Of a stretch of 64,000 nucleotides of DNA, positions 52,275 to 62,003 are shown in pieces (positions within the stretch are counted from its first letter, which is position 1; every line of letters begins with the position of its first letter). The stretch comes from an uncultured Eubacteriales bacterium (GTDB lineage: Bacteria; Bacillota; Clostridia; Lachnospirales; Lachnospiraceae): assembly GCA_900539455.1 (NCBI GenBank), contig UQCD01000003.1:41485-105484 (forward strand), given 5' to 3'. The notes under the pieces were generated by a model that had not been told where the DNA came from, did no database searches, and saw only the letters and a list, made by a program, of their open reading frames with translations. The position numbers were made by a program, and so were the translations under genes.

Positions 52275-53264
52275 CTACATATTTTTAATTGTTTCAAAAT
52301 TGTGGCATCTTACTTTCCTGCTCTTATCAATATTTGTAAGCTCAGGGGGAGTAGTATGACATTTTTCAGTAGCATAATTACATCTTTCGCAAAATCTGCA
52401 GCCTGCACCCTCCATACCAAGTGCCGGTACTGTACCCTTAATCATATAAAGCTTTTCAGCCTTATTGGTACTAAGTGTAGGAATAGATTTTATAAGTCCC
52501 ATTGTGTATGGGTGCTTTGGATTTTCAAAAATATCCTTAACATTTCCCTCCTCGACCACCTGTCCTAAATACATTATTATTACTCTCTGACAAACCTGTG
52601 CTACAACGCCTAAATCGTGGGTAATAAGCATTATTCCCATATCCAGCCTTTTATTTAATTCAGTAATAAGTTCAAGAATTTGTGCCTGTATAGTAACATC
52701 AAGTGCTGTTGTAGGCTCATCTGCTATTAAAAGCTCCGGCTCACAGCTAAGTGCCATTGCTATCATTGCTCTTTGTCGCATACCCCCTGATAATTCGTAT
52801 GGATAACATTTTATTCTCTTTTCCGGTGCAGGTATTCCTGTAAGTCTAAGCAGCTCCTCTGCCTTTTTGTAAGCATCCTTTTTGCTCATCTTCTGATGCA
52901 GCATAAGAGTTTCTGATATTTGGTCACCTAAGGTATAAACTGGATTTAGGGAGCTTAAGGCATCCTGAAATATCATTGCAATTTTATTACCTCTGATACC
53001 CTGCATCTGCTTTTCGTGAAGCTTTAACAGGTTTTCGCCTTTAAATAAAATCTCGCCCTGATAGGTTGCCAGCTTTTTTTCATCATATAAACGCATTATT
53101 GACTGGGAGGTAACGCTCTTTCCACAGCCAGATTCACCAACCACCCCTAGAATTTCACCTTTATTTACACTAAAGCTTACTCCATCAATGGCTGTAACAG
53201 TTCCTCTGACAGTTTTAAATGTAGTCTTTAAATTTTTTACTTCTAATAATTTTTCTGCTTCCAT
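52275..53264 (-). CDS. Oligopeptide/dipeptide ABC transporter ATP-binding protein (OppD/DppD-like)
   Basis: Walker A GESGCGKSV, signature LSGGMRQR, and a C-terminal Cys-rich extension. Confidence 0.85.
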   Translation of the reverse strand: MEAEKLLEVKNLKTTFKTVRGTVTAIDGVSFSVNKGEILGVVGESGCGKSVTSQSIMRLYDEKKLATYQGEILFKGENLLKLHEKQMQGIRGNKIAMIFQDALSSLNPVYTLGDQISETLMLHQKMSKKDAYKKAEELLRLTGIPAPEKRIKCYPYELSGGMRQRAMIAMALSCEPELLIADEPTTALDVTIQAQILELITELNKRLDMGIMLITHDLGVVAQVCQRVIIMYLGQVVEEGNVKDIFENPKHPYTMGLIKSIPTLSTNKAEKLYMIKGTVPALGMEGAGCRFCERCNYATEKCHTTPPELTNIDKSRKVRCHNFETIKNM

Positions 53265-53301
53265 TGCCTAAACCTCCGTTTCTTAATCCGTTATTTACGC
53301 A

Positions 53302-54168
53302 TTAGTTTGATTTTGGATCTAATACATCTCTTAATCCATCACCTAAAATATTTATTCCTAATACTGTAATAATCATTGCAATACCAGGGAATATTGTAAG
53401 CCACTTAGCTGTAAATATTGCTTCCTTGGCATCATATAAAATGTTGCCCAGACTAGGTGCAGGAGCAGGAATACCAGCTCCTAAAAAGCTAAGCGAAGCT
53501 TCAAGAATAATAGCTGTTGCAAAAATGTATGTACCCTGAACAATTACTGGGGACATTATATTGGCTGAAATATGCTTAAATAATATTCTAAAGGAGGAAG
53601 CACCCTGTGCTCTTGCCGCCTCTACATATGTATTTTCTCTTGCTGCTATAGTTGCACTTCTTGCAACTCTTGCAATCTGTGGTGCATATACTACACAAAG
53701 ACTAATAACAACACTTTCAATATTAGGTTTAAAGGCTGACATAAGTGCTATTGCCATAAGGATTGGAGGAATTGACATAAATGCCTCGCAAATTCTCATT
53801 ATAAAGTTATCTAATTTTTTAAAATAGCCTGCTATCATTCCTAATATCATACCGACTACTACTGTTATAAGTGTAGTTACTGAGCCAACTATTAAAGAAA
53901 TTCTTATGCCATATACAATTCTTGCAAAAACATCTCTGCCCATCTTATCTGTTCCAAAAATATATTCGCTGCAGGGTGCTAAATATCTTTTGGTAATATC
54001 CATTTCATATGGACCACCAGGACATATAATATTTGCAAATACTCCGAAAAAAACAACTATTACTGTAAGAATAAGTCCAACTACTGCCATTTTATTTTTA
54101 AAGAAAATCTTTAACTTAAGCTTTCTTCTTTCTTTTATAGCTTCTTTTCCTATTCCATTTGCTTTCAT
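53302..54168 (-). CDS. Peptide ABC transporter permease (OppC/DppC-like)
   Basis: Six TM helices with the binding-protein-dependent permease EAA-like loop (ARAQGASSFRILFKHI). Confidence 0.85.
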   Translation of the reverse strand: MKANGIGKEAIKERRKLKLKIFFKNKMAVVGLILTVIVVFFGVFANIICPGGPYEMDITKRYLAPCSEYIFGTDKMGRDVFARIVYGIRISLIVGSVTTLITVVVGMILGMIAGYFKKLDNFIMRICEAFMSIPPILMAIALMSAFKPNIESVVISLCVVYAPQIARVARSATIAARENTYVEAARAQGASSFRILFKHISANIMSPVIVQGTYIFATAIILEASLSFLGAGIPAPAPSLGNILYDAKEAIFTAKWLTIFPGIAMIITVLGINILGDGLRDVLDPKSN

Positions 54169-54187
54169 GTATATTCACATCCTTTCC

Positions 54188-55141
54188 TTAAGCTTTACCA
54201 CCAACACGAATTCTTGGGTCGATTACACCATATAACAAATCTATTATAAAATTGATTACTATGTATATAAGACTTATTGTAAGCACCAAGCCCTGAATCA
54301 ATGGATAATCTCTTTTTAACACTGCATTAACTACTAACTGTCCCATACCCGGTATATTAAATAGAGTTTCTATTACTGCTGCGCCTGCTACCAGATAGCC
54401 AACACTTTGTCCTAATACTGTAAGTATTGTGTTAAAGGCATTTCTAAAAGCGTGCTTAAATAAAACCGTTTTCCCACTAAGTCCCTTTGCCTTAGCAGTT
54501 TTAATATAATCCTGACTTAAAACATCTATCATTGATGATCTTGTAATTCTTGTAAGAAGTGGAGCCTGTGTTAATGCTAAGGATATAATTGGAAGCACTA
54601 AATATCTGAAATGCTCACCTGCACCATCTGCAAAGGTTTTGTAACCTGATACTGGTAATATTCTTAAATCTACACCGAAATACAAAATCATTAAAAGACC
54701 ATATATAAAGCAAGGAACTGACAAGCCCAGAAGAGCAACTGAGCTTATTCCTAAATCTGCTCCTCTGCCTTTATGCTTAGCAGCAAGAATACCACAGGGA
54801 ATGGATATAAGTATTGCCAACAGCTCTGCATAAAAGGATAATTCAAGAGTTGGTACAATACATTCTCCAATAGCCTCTACTACTGACTGCTGTCTGAAAT
54901 ATGAATCTCCTAAATCTCCGTGAAGTGCATCCTTTATCCAGTTAAAATACTGTGTTATCAATGGATCATTTAATCCTAATTCTTCTCTTAATTGATTAAC
55001 CTGCTCTTCTGTTGCATCTGAGCCTAACATATTGGATGCCGGGTCACCTGCTGTATTATGAGTTAAAAAGAAGATAAATAATGATAAAACAAATAGTGTT
55101 ACCACAATACTAATTAATCTTTTACCAATGTATTTTCTCAT
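54188..55141 (-). CDS. Peptide ABC transporter permease (OppB/DppB-like)
   Basis: EAA loop AKAKGLSGKTVLFKHAFRNA; six TM helices. Confidence 0.85.
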   Translation of the reverse strand: MRKYIGKRLISIVVTLFVLSLFIFFLTHNTAGDPASNMLGSDATEEQVNQLREELGLNDPLITQYFNWIKDALHGDLGDSYFRQQSVVEAIGECIVPTLELSFYAELLAILISIPCGILAAKHKGRGADLGISSVALLGLSVPCFIYGLLMILYFGVDLRILPVSGYKTFADGAGEHFRYLVLPIISLALTQAPLLTRITRSSMIDVLSQDYIKTAKAKGLSGKTVLFKHAFRNAFNTILTVLGQSVGYLVAGAAVIETLFNIPGMGQLVVNAVLKRDYPLIQGLVLTISLIYIVINFIIDLLYGVIDPRIRVGGKA

Positions 55142-55224
55142 ATCTTCACCTCATTTCTAGAATACTTAGGGCTGCCCACCAAAGCTTAGTGCAGCAGCCC
55201 TATAGTAATTATTTCTTTAAGCTA

Positions 55225-56772
55225 TTATTTTGAGCATCCATATACTGTCATACCAATAAAGGTTTTGAAATCCTTAACACCATTTACTGCATATGGCTCA
55301 CTAAAGTAACCAAGTGATAATGATGAAGCTGTCTTTAATAAAAATTCATTAATATCTGACCAGACAGCCTTTGCCTCTTCTACAGAGGTTGCTGCATTTA
55401 ATTTTTCAAAGCCTTCAGTTACCTCTGTAAATCTGCACCAACCATCTGCATTTGTCTGATTAAGCTTTAATGCTGTTGGTACTGTTGCAAGTGGCCACCA
55501 TAATAGACAAGCATCAAACTTTGCTGGGTCCTTCTTCATATCAAGCATTGTTGCCCAATCATAGGTTTCTACCTCTACATTAAAGCCTACTGCTTCTAAT
55601 TCCTTTTCAACAATAAGTGATGCGTCAATCCATCTTGGATATGCTGTTGTTGATAACAATGTAATCGGTGTTCCGTCATAACCTGATTCCTTTAAAAGCT
55701 CCTTAGCCTTTTCGGTATCCTGCTGATTCCAATATTCACTACCTGAATCTGTTCCCCATAAGCCACCCTTATACATATAGCTTGAATACTCCTCTACATA
55801 ATCACCATTTGGTACTGCTGCTGCCATAATCTCGTCTACATTAATTGCATACTGTGCAGCCTGACGGACTAATTCATTTTCAAATGGTCCGTCAACCTTA
55901 TCTAAGGCAATAGCATAGTTACCAACTAAGTTGTTTACAAGTGAAATATCTGAATTACCCTTTAACTGATCTAAATCGTCATAAGAGATTGTCTGTGCAA
56001 TATCATATTCACCACTCTGGATACCTGCTGTTCTAATTGATGAATCAGTAACAATATAGTAATAAATTTCATCAAAGTTGATTACCTTATCGCCTGCATC
56101 ACCTGTAAGTGTATATCCAGGTCCTTTATAATCAGTATATTTAGAAAATCTAACATAGCTATCCTGCTTCCATTCCTCAAACTTCATAGGACCTGTTCCA
56201 ATATATTCTGAAACACCTGTATCTGTTCTTGCATCTACTACCTCTTTAGGCATAATAGCTGCAAACTGACAAGGAGAGGTAAGTACATTTAATAATGTAA
56301 AGGCTGGCTCTGTAAGCTCAATTTTTACAGTATATTCATCAACCTGTTCAAATTTTTCACCTGCTGTAATTACTGATGGTGCAGCAACATTGTTTTCTGC
56401 CCAGCAGTTAAGGGAAGCAGCTACATCCTCTGCCTTCATTTCCTTACCATTATGGAATTTAACACCAGTTCTCAGCTTAAAGGTCCATACTGTATAATCC
56501 TCGTTCACTTCATAGGATTCACAAAGCTGTTCCTTTGGCTCGTAGTTCTCATCTAATTCAAATAATCCCTCATAAATACCTCTGTTGGTATCTCTTACCG
56601 CAGCTGCTGTAGAAAGCCAGGGGTCCAAGGTTGGTGGATTAACTGCCATTGCTACCTTTAATGTTTTTGAATCTGTACCCTTATTACTATCACTGCCACC
56701 ACACGCCATAAGTGAAACTGACATAACACCTGCAAGAGCAGCAGCTATAAATCTTTTAATTTTTTTCATCAT
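55225..56772 (-). CDS. ABC transporter substrate-binding lipoprotein, family 5 (peptide/nickel/opine type)
   Basis: Lipobox LMAC|G; 515 aa, a size and composition typical of SBP_bac_5. Confidence 0.8.
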   Translation of the reverse strand: MMKKIKRFIAAALAGVMSVSLMACGGSDSNKGTDSKTLKVAMAVNPPTLDPWLSTAAAVRDTNRGIYEGLFELDENYEPKEQLCESYEVNEDYTVWTFKLRTGVKFHNGKEMKAEDVAASLNCWAENNVAAPSVITAGEKFEQVDEYTVKIELTEPAFTLLNVLTSPCQFAAIMPKEVVDARTDTGVSEYIGTGPMKFEEWKQDSYVRFSKYTDYKGPGYTLTGDAGDKVINFDEIYYYIVTDSSIRTAGIQSGEYDIAQTISYDDLDQLKGNSDISLVNNLVGNYAIALDKVDGPFENELVRQAAQYAINVDEIMAAAVPNGDYVEEYSSYMYKGGLWGTDSGSEYWNQQDTEKAKELLKESGYDGTPITLLSTTAYPRWIDASLIVEKELEAVGFNVEVETYDWATMLDMKKDPAKFDACLLWWPLATVPTALKLNQTNADGWCRFTEVTEGFEKLNAATSVEEAKAVWSDINEFLLKTASSLSLGYFSEPYAVNGVKDFKTFIGMTVYGCSK

Positions 56773-56788
56773 AGTTTCTACCTCCTGT

Positions 56789-58114
56789 TTATAGCATTTC
56801 TTTATCTACTACAGATAATACCTCATCTAACTTTTCAAGTTCCTCTAACAACTGTTCTTCAGTAATGATTAATGGTGGATTTACAAAAATCATATTTTCA
56901 TGGGAATATGTCATAAATCCTTTCTTTTTAAGCATACCAACAATCTTGCCCATCTTTCCTTCCGGGTCTTTACCATATGGAACTAATGGCTCCTTTGTTT
57001 CTCTATCTTTTACCAGCTCAATACTTGAGAACAATCCAATATATCTGACATCGCCGATGCTTATATGCTTTTCTTTAAATTCTTCAAGCTTTTCTCCAAG
57101 CACCTTGCCTACCTTATTTACATTATCTAAAACCTTTGCATCATCATAATACTTAACGCAGGCAACTCCGGCAGCACAAGCAAGTGGATGTCCGCTGTAG
57201 GTAAGACCACAAGAAAGTACATGATCATCAAAATATTCAGCAATCTTTTTGCTGACAACTACGCCGCCAAGCTGAACATAGCCACAGGTAACACCTTTTG
57301 CAAAGGTTACAATATCAGGCTTTACATCAAAGTTTTCAAATGCGAAAAGCTTTCCTGTTCTGCCCCAGCCTGCCATTACTTCATCGCAAACCATCAAAAT
57401 TCCAAATTCATCACAAAGCTTTCTAACGCCTGGTAAATATCCCTTAGGAGGAATGATTACACCATTTGAGCCTGTAATTGTTTCCATAAAGATTGCAGCA
57501 ATATTATCTGCTCCTTCATATATAATCTGTTCTCTCAGCTTGCCTAAATAATATTCTGTAGCAGCCTCTTCGCTTTCAAATGGAAGCTTTTCTCTATATA
57601 CATATGGGTCAAAGAATTTTACGAAGCCCGGAACTCCTGGCTCTAAGGCGTATCTTCTAGGCTCTCCTGTAAGGTTACCTGCTCCAAAGGAAGAACCATG
57701 ATAGCTTCTATATCTACTCATTATCTTATTTCTTCCTGTAAACATTCTTGCAATCTTTACTGCATTTTCGTTTGCATCTGCACCAGCGTTGGTGAAGAAT
57801 ACTTTTCCCATATTGTCAGGCATTCTGTTTATAATCATTTCAGCTAACTCTGATCTGGGTGCTGATGCGTAGCTGGGTGCTACATAACAATATTTATCCA
57901 CCTGCTCCTTAATTGCATCTGCAATAGCTTTATTACCAAAGCCTACATTCAAATTAACTAACTGTGCCGACATATCTGTATATCTATTTCCGTCATAATC
58001 CCACATATAAATTCCTTCTGCTTTTTCGATAGGAATAGGATTTAAACCTTTCTGTTTACTCCAAGATTGTAAATTGTACTTTAAATGTTTTTCTACTACT
58101 TCTTTACCTGTCAT
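56789..58114 (-). CDS. Class-III (omega) PLP-dependent aminotransferase
   Basis: PLP-lysine region DIVTFAKGVTCGY and Asp in VCDEVMAGWGRTG. The start is placed at MTGKEVVEKH (AAGGAG RBS); the track ORF is extended 43 codons into the upstream hairpin region. Confidence 0.8.
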   Translation of the reverse strand: MTGKEVVEKHLKYNLQSWSKQKGLNPIPIEKAEGIYMWDYDGNRYTDMSAQLVNLNVGFGNKAIADAIKEQVDKYCYVAPSYASAPRSELAEMIINRMPDNMGKVFFTNAGADANENAVKIARMFTGRNKIMSRYRSYHGSSFGAGNLTGEPRRYALEPGVPGFVKFFDPYVYREKLPFESEEAATEYYLGKLREQIIYEGADNIAAIFMETITGSNGVIIPPKGYLPGVRKLCDEFGILMVCDEVMAGWGRTGKLFAFENFDVKPDIVTFAKGVTCGYVQLGGVVVSKKIAEYFDDHVLSCGLTYSGHPLACAAGVACVKYYDDAKVLDNVNKVGKVLGEKLEEFKEKHISIGDVRYIGLFSSIELVKDRETKEPLVPYGKDPEGKMGKIVGMLKKKGFMTYSHENMIFVNPPLIITEEQLLEELEKLDEVLSVVDKEML

Positions 58115-58398
58115 ATCTCTTTTCTCCTTTTCAAAAGACATATTTGCTAACTCAGCAAAAACAAAAAAGCAAGGGCAACCTTTTAAAAGCGCCTTTGCTT
58201 TTTTCAACTGTTTATTTACTTTTTCCTGCCTGCTGTTTAGCATATCTGTATTATATTTTTTGTGAGAAAATTTTCAATAACAAAAATCACAATTATTCTT
58301 GTGCATATGCACAACATAGTAAATCCATACTAAATATACTTCGCATCTGTACAATTAATAATAAATAATGCTTGTACTACCAAGCAGCTTATTATTTA

Positions 58399-59553
58399 TT
58401 ATAATTTCTCTATGTCTAAAACCATTTTTATAAGCAACAGATTATCCAGCTTTGTAATATCCATATTTATTATGCTTTCTATTTTTGATATTTTATAATT
58501 AACAGTATTTCTATGAATAAACAAATCATCTGCTGTTTTCTTAACACTTCCGTCATTATCTATATATATTTTCAGGAAATCATATAAATCTGTTCCATTA
58601 TTTTTGTCATATTGTATAAGTCCACCTAAGGTAGTTCTTTCTATTTCATTAAGCACCTTTTTATCCTTTACTGACAAAAGCACCTTTTCTATTCCAAGAG
58701 TATTATAATAAAGAATATCTACATTCTTTTTTACACACATAGAATATATATCTCTTGCTCTTTCAAAATTTACATCTAGGCTGTTAAGACTTTCTTCATT
58801 GGAGGATACTGCTATATACAGCCTCTTTCTTGTATTGGAATAATATAAAAGGCTGTTCATTAATTCCCGCTGCCCACTATCTGACATTCCAGCAGTAACT
58901 ATTACAAGCTTTCTTTCATACCAGAAAAGTACATATTTTCCCGACTGTGTTTTTTCTATTTCTCTTCGTGCATATATTTCCAAGCTTTGATTATCACTTT
59001 CTACTGAACGAAGGCTGGTATCTATTCCAACAAATATAACACAATAGTTTATATCCCTTTGTAAGCCTCTTCTTTCAAGTATTTCTTGTATTCGTTTTCG
59101 TTCAGCAGGGTAAAATATATAATCCTTAACATTACTGACCAGACTTTTTTCATTGGTTTCGCTATTAAATATTTTTTCACATAGACCTCTGGTTACATCA
59201 ACAAGTCTGGTTTCCCACGGACATACATATAATGGGAAGTTCTTTTCATCACAATATTCAATGATTTTTCTATCTACCTTGCTAATATATGGTCCAATAT
59301 TTATAACCAAGGCACTGGCATTACTTTCAATAAGTGCAGCTATGTAGGAAATCATTGCCTCACTATCCTTGCCAATATTTCCAATTCCTGTAGTAAATAC
59401 CAGCTCATTGCCATTAAGGAATTGAGATACCTCTACATCTTCAATAATATGCACCCAGGAAACCACATTATACAAACCACCCTTTCCAGCAATAAGCTGC
59501 ATTCTGTAATTTTCGTATGCCTTCTGGCAAAGCTTTGCTAATGTAATAGCCAT
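58399..59553 (-). CDS. PucR-family transcriptional regulator (PucR/CdaR type with a C-terminal HTH)
   Basis: N-terminal PucR-like domain (LQLIAGKGGL...WVHIIED) and a C-terminal helix-turn-helix (VKKTADDLFIHRNTVNYKISKIESI). Confidence 0.75.
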   Translation of the reverse strand: MAITLAKLCQKAYENYRMQLIAGKGGLYNVVSWVHIIEDVEVSQFLNGNELVFTTGIGNIGKDSEAMISYIAALIESNASALVINIGPYISKVDRKIIEYCDEKNFPLYVCPWETRLVDVTRGLCEKIFNSETNEKSLVSNVKDYIFYPAERKRIQEILERRGLQRDINYCVIFVGIDTSLRSVESDNQSLEIYARREIEKTQSGKYVLFWYERKLVIVTAGMSDSGQRELMNSLLYYSNTRKRLYIAVSSNEESLNSLDVNFERARDIYSMCVKKNVDILYYNTLGIEKVLLSVKDKKVLNEIERTTLGGLIQYDKNNGTDLYDFLKIYIDNDGSVKKTADDLFIHRNTVNYKISKIESIINMDITKLDNLLLIKMVLDIEKL

Positions 59554-60209
59554 ATGTGTTTCTCCTTTGCACTTCTAATATTTGAAAAATATGTGGTTTT
59601 GATTTTCTCCCATACAGTATTAATTATTTCAAAGCAGACTCGCTCTCGCTCGATTACGATGTAGCGGTACATAAAGCTAGGGAGGATTATTACTAATCTC
59701 CCCTAGCTTAAGTACCGACATCTCCATACGGTCTGCTTTCAAAATTATTAATACTGTATGTCCGAAAATAAATCTACACTTCATCAATATTTATATTTTT
59801 TATCCCGCTGTATTTTCAAATAAACTCACCTCTATAGCAACATCGTATCACATAAAATCAAAATATGATTATGATTAACTACTATTTTTCTTTGCTTGTA
59901 TACTCACATTTACATATTGTCTGTTTTCTAAATTGTTAATACTGTATGCCTAAAACAAATATACTCTTCTCAAATATTATTATAGGGGTGCCAATATTTA
60001 CTTGTAATAGGCTTTGCTTTCTCGTAGACATATTGAAAGCTTTCTTAGTTTTTCTTTTTTGGCAATTCCCTTTCAGCCCTATATTAATATATTTTTGTGC
60101 ATTTGTACATAAATAATTGTCAAAAGTATGATTTTAAATTGTTTTAATATGAGTTATATTGTGCATTAGTTTAATGTGCCACAAGGCACTTAGAAAAGGA
60201 GGAATTGTT

Positions 60210-61973
60210 ATGAATTTTTCAGCAGTAAATACAGTATGGCTTCTTATTGGAACTGTTCTCATTTTCTTTATGCAGGCTGGATTTTGTATGCTAGAAGCAG
60301 GTCTTACCAGAGCTAAAAGTGCTGGTAATATTGTTATGAAGAATATTGTGGACTTTTGCATTGGCTCTGTTGTCTTTTGGGCAATCGGCTTTGGCATTAT
60401 GTATGGGTCCTCAAATGGATTTTTTGGCAAATTTGACTTTTTCACTCAAGGTAATTATTCAGCTATATTGCCAGCAGGTATACCATTCTTTGTATTTTTC
60501 ATTTTTCAGACAGTATTTTGTGGTACATCTGCAACTATTGTATCAGGTGCTATGGCAGAAAGAACCACCTTTAAGGGTTATTGCCTTGCAAGCCTTGCTA
60601 TCTCCCTATTAGTTTATCCTATGACTGGTCATTGGATCTGGGGTAATAGCTGGTTAAGTAATATGGGCTTTCACGATTTTGCCGGCTCTTGTGCAGTACA
60701 TATGGTCGGTGGCTTAGGTGCATTTCTCGGTGCATTTTTCTTAGGACCCCGTATCGGCAAATACGATAAGAACAAAAAATCAAGAGCTATTCCGGGTCAC
60801 AACCTGACCTTAGCAGCTCTGGGAATATTTATTTTATGGTTCTGCTGGTTTGGCTTTAATGGCTCATCAACTACAGCCATTGAAGGTATAACAACTGCTG
60901 CCGATGGCTCTAAGCTTTGGTTTGGTGCTTTAGCTGGCAAGGTTTTGGCTAATACAAATATTGCTGCCTGTGCTTCTACACTTACAGCACTATTTTTCAC
61001 TTGGTTTAGATATAGAAAGCCTGATGTTTCAATGACACTAAATGGCTCTTTAGCCGGTCTTGTAGTTGTCACTGCTAATTCTGATTGTGTTACGATGCCT
61101 ATAGCAGCCTTAGAAGGCGTTATTGCTGGCTTTGCTGTTGTTCTGGCAGTTGAATTTATTGATAATAAGCTAAAGGTAGATGACCCTGTTGGAGCTGTAG
61201 GCGCACATTTTGTTTGCGGTATTATTGGTACTCTATCCATTGGTCTTTTCTCTACTGGTCAAAATGGCGTTGGCAAAGGACTTTTCTATGGTGGTGGCTT
61301 TAAGCAGCTAGGTATTCAGCTATTAGGTATCTTAGCTGTATGTATATATGTAACTATAGTAATGTCTATTGTATTCATTATAATTAAAAAAACTTTCGGA
61401 CTTCGTGTTAGTGCTAAAACAGAAATTGAAGGTCTTGATAATGGTGAGCATGGTCTGGCAAGTGCATATGCAGGCTTTGAATTTAATTCCTCTAGCTTAT
61501 CAGAAAGCGCACTTTATGATGATATTGACTCCTTAGATATTGAAGCCATTGGCAGTGAAGCTGTGGATAAGGCAGTTCCAGCCTTTATTCAAAATTCATC
61601 CTTACCTGAGGATAAAAAAATCACTAAAATACAGGTTCTTATGAAGGAGTCTAAATTCGAGCGATTTAAAAAGGCTATGAATGATATAGGTGTTATGGGT
61701 ATGACAGTTACTCATGTATTAGGCTGTGGTACACAAAAGGGTGCAACTGAATATTATAGAGGTGTTGAAATGGAAATGCAACTGCTTCCAAAAATTCAGG
61801 TGGACATTGTTGTTTCCAAAGTACCTGTTATGGATGTAATCAATGCTACAAGAAAAGCCTTATATACAGGTCATATTGGTGATGGTAAAATATTTGTCTA
61901 TGATGTTGAGGATGTTGTTAAGGTAAGAACTGGAGAAACAGGCTATACAGCACTTCAGGGGGCGGACGAATAA
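60210..61973 (+). CDS. amt: Ammonium transporter (Amt) fused at its C-terminus to a PII (GlnK/GlnB) nitrogen-regulatory domain
   Basis: Amt N-terminus AVNTVWLLIGTVLIFFMQAGFCMLEAGLTRAKSAGNI and ~11 TM helices. After a linker, the last ~110 aa (KITKIQVLMK...GTQKGATEYYRGVEMEM...GDGKIFVYDVEDVVKVRTGETG) form a PII fold with the T-loop Tyr. AAAAGGAGG lies 7 nt upstream of the ATG at 60210. Confidence 0.85.
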   Translation: MNFSAVNTVWLLIGTVLIFFMQAGFCMLEAGLTRAKSAGNIVMKNIVDFCIGSVVFWAIGFGIMYGSSNGFFGKFDFFTQGNYSAILPAGIPFFVFFIFQTVFCGTSATIVSGAMAERTTFKGYCLASLAISLLVYPMTGHWIWGNSWLSNMGFHDFAGSCAVHMVGGLGAFLGAFFLGPRIGKYDKNKKSRAIPGHNLTLAALGIFILWFCWFGFNGSSTTAIEGITTAADGSKLWFGALAGKVLANTNIAACASTLTALFFTWFRYRKPDVSMTLNGSLAGLVVVTANSDCVTMPIAALEGVIAGFAVVLAVEFIDNKLKVDDPVGAVGAHFVCGIIGTLSIGLFSTGQNGVGKGLFYGGGFKQLGIQLLGILAVCIYVTIVMSIVFIIIKKTFGLRVSAKTEIEGLDNGEHGLASAYAGFEFNSSSLSESALYDDIDSLDIEAIGSEAVDKAVPAFIQNSSLPEDKKITKIQVLMKESKFERFKKAMNDIGVMGMTVTHVLGCGTQKGATEYYRGVEMEMQLLPKIQVDIVVSKVPVMDVINATRKALYTGHIGDGKIFVYDVEDVVKVRTGETGYTALQGADE

Positions 61974-62003
61974 ATATATTCCTTGTATATAAAGGAGAAT
62001 TCT

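Noticed and set aside
59854-59928. 24-codon ORF (MIMINYYFSLLVYSHLHIVCFLNC) in the pucR/amt intergenic region
   Set aside because: It has no Shine-Dalgarno sequence and is an AT-rich, hydrophobic artefact. The region is better explained by the repeat or palindrome structure.
60174-60187. GTGCC-ACAA-GGCAC hairpin just upstream of the amt RBS, considered as an ANTAR, T-box or attenuator element
   Set aside because: There is a single short stem with a 4-nt loop and no following U-tract. It has no hexaloop pair (ANTAR) and no T-box sequence. It is noted only as a minor structure.
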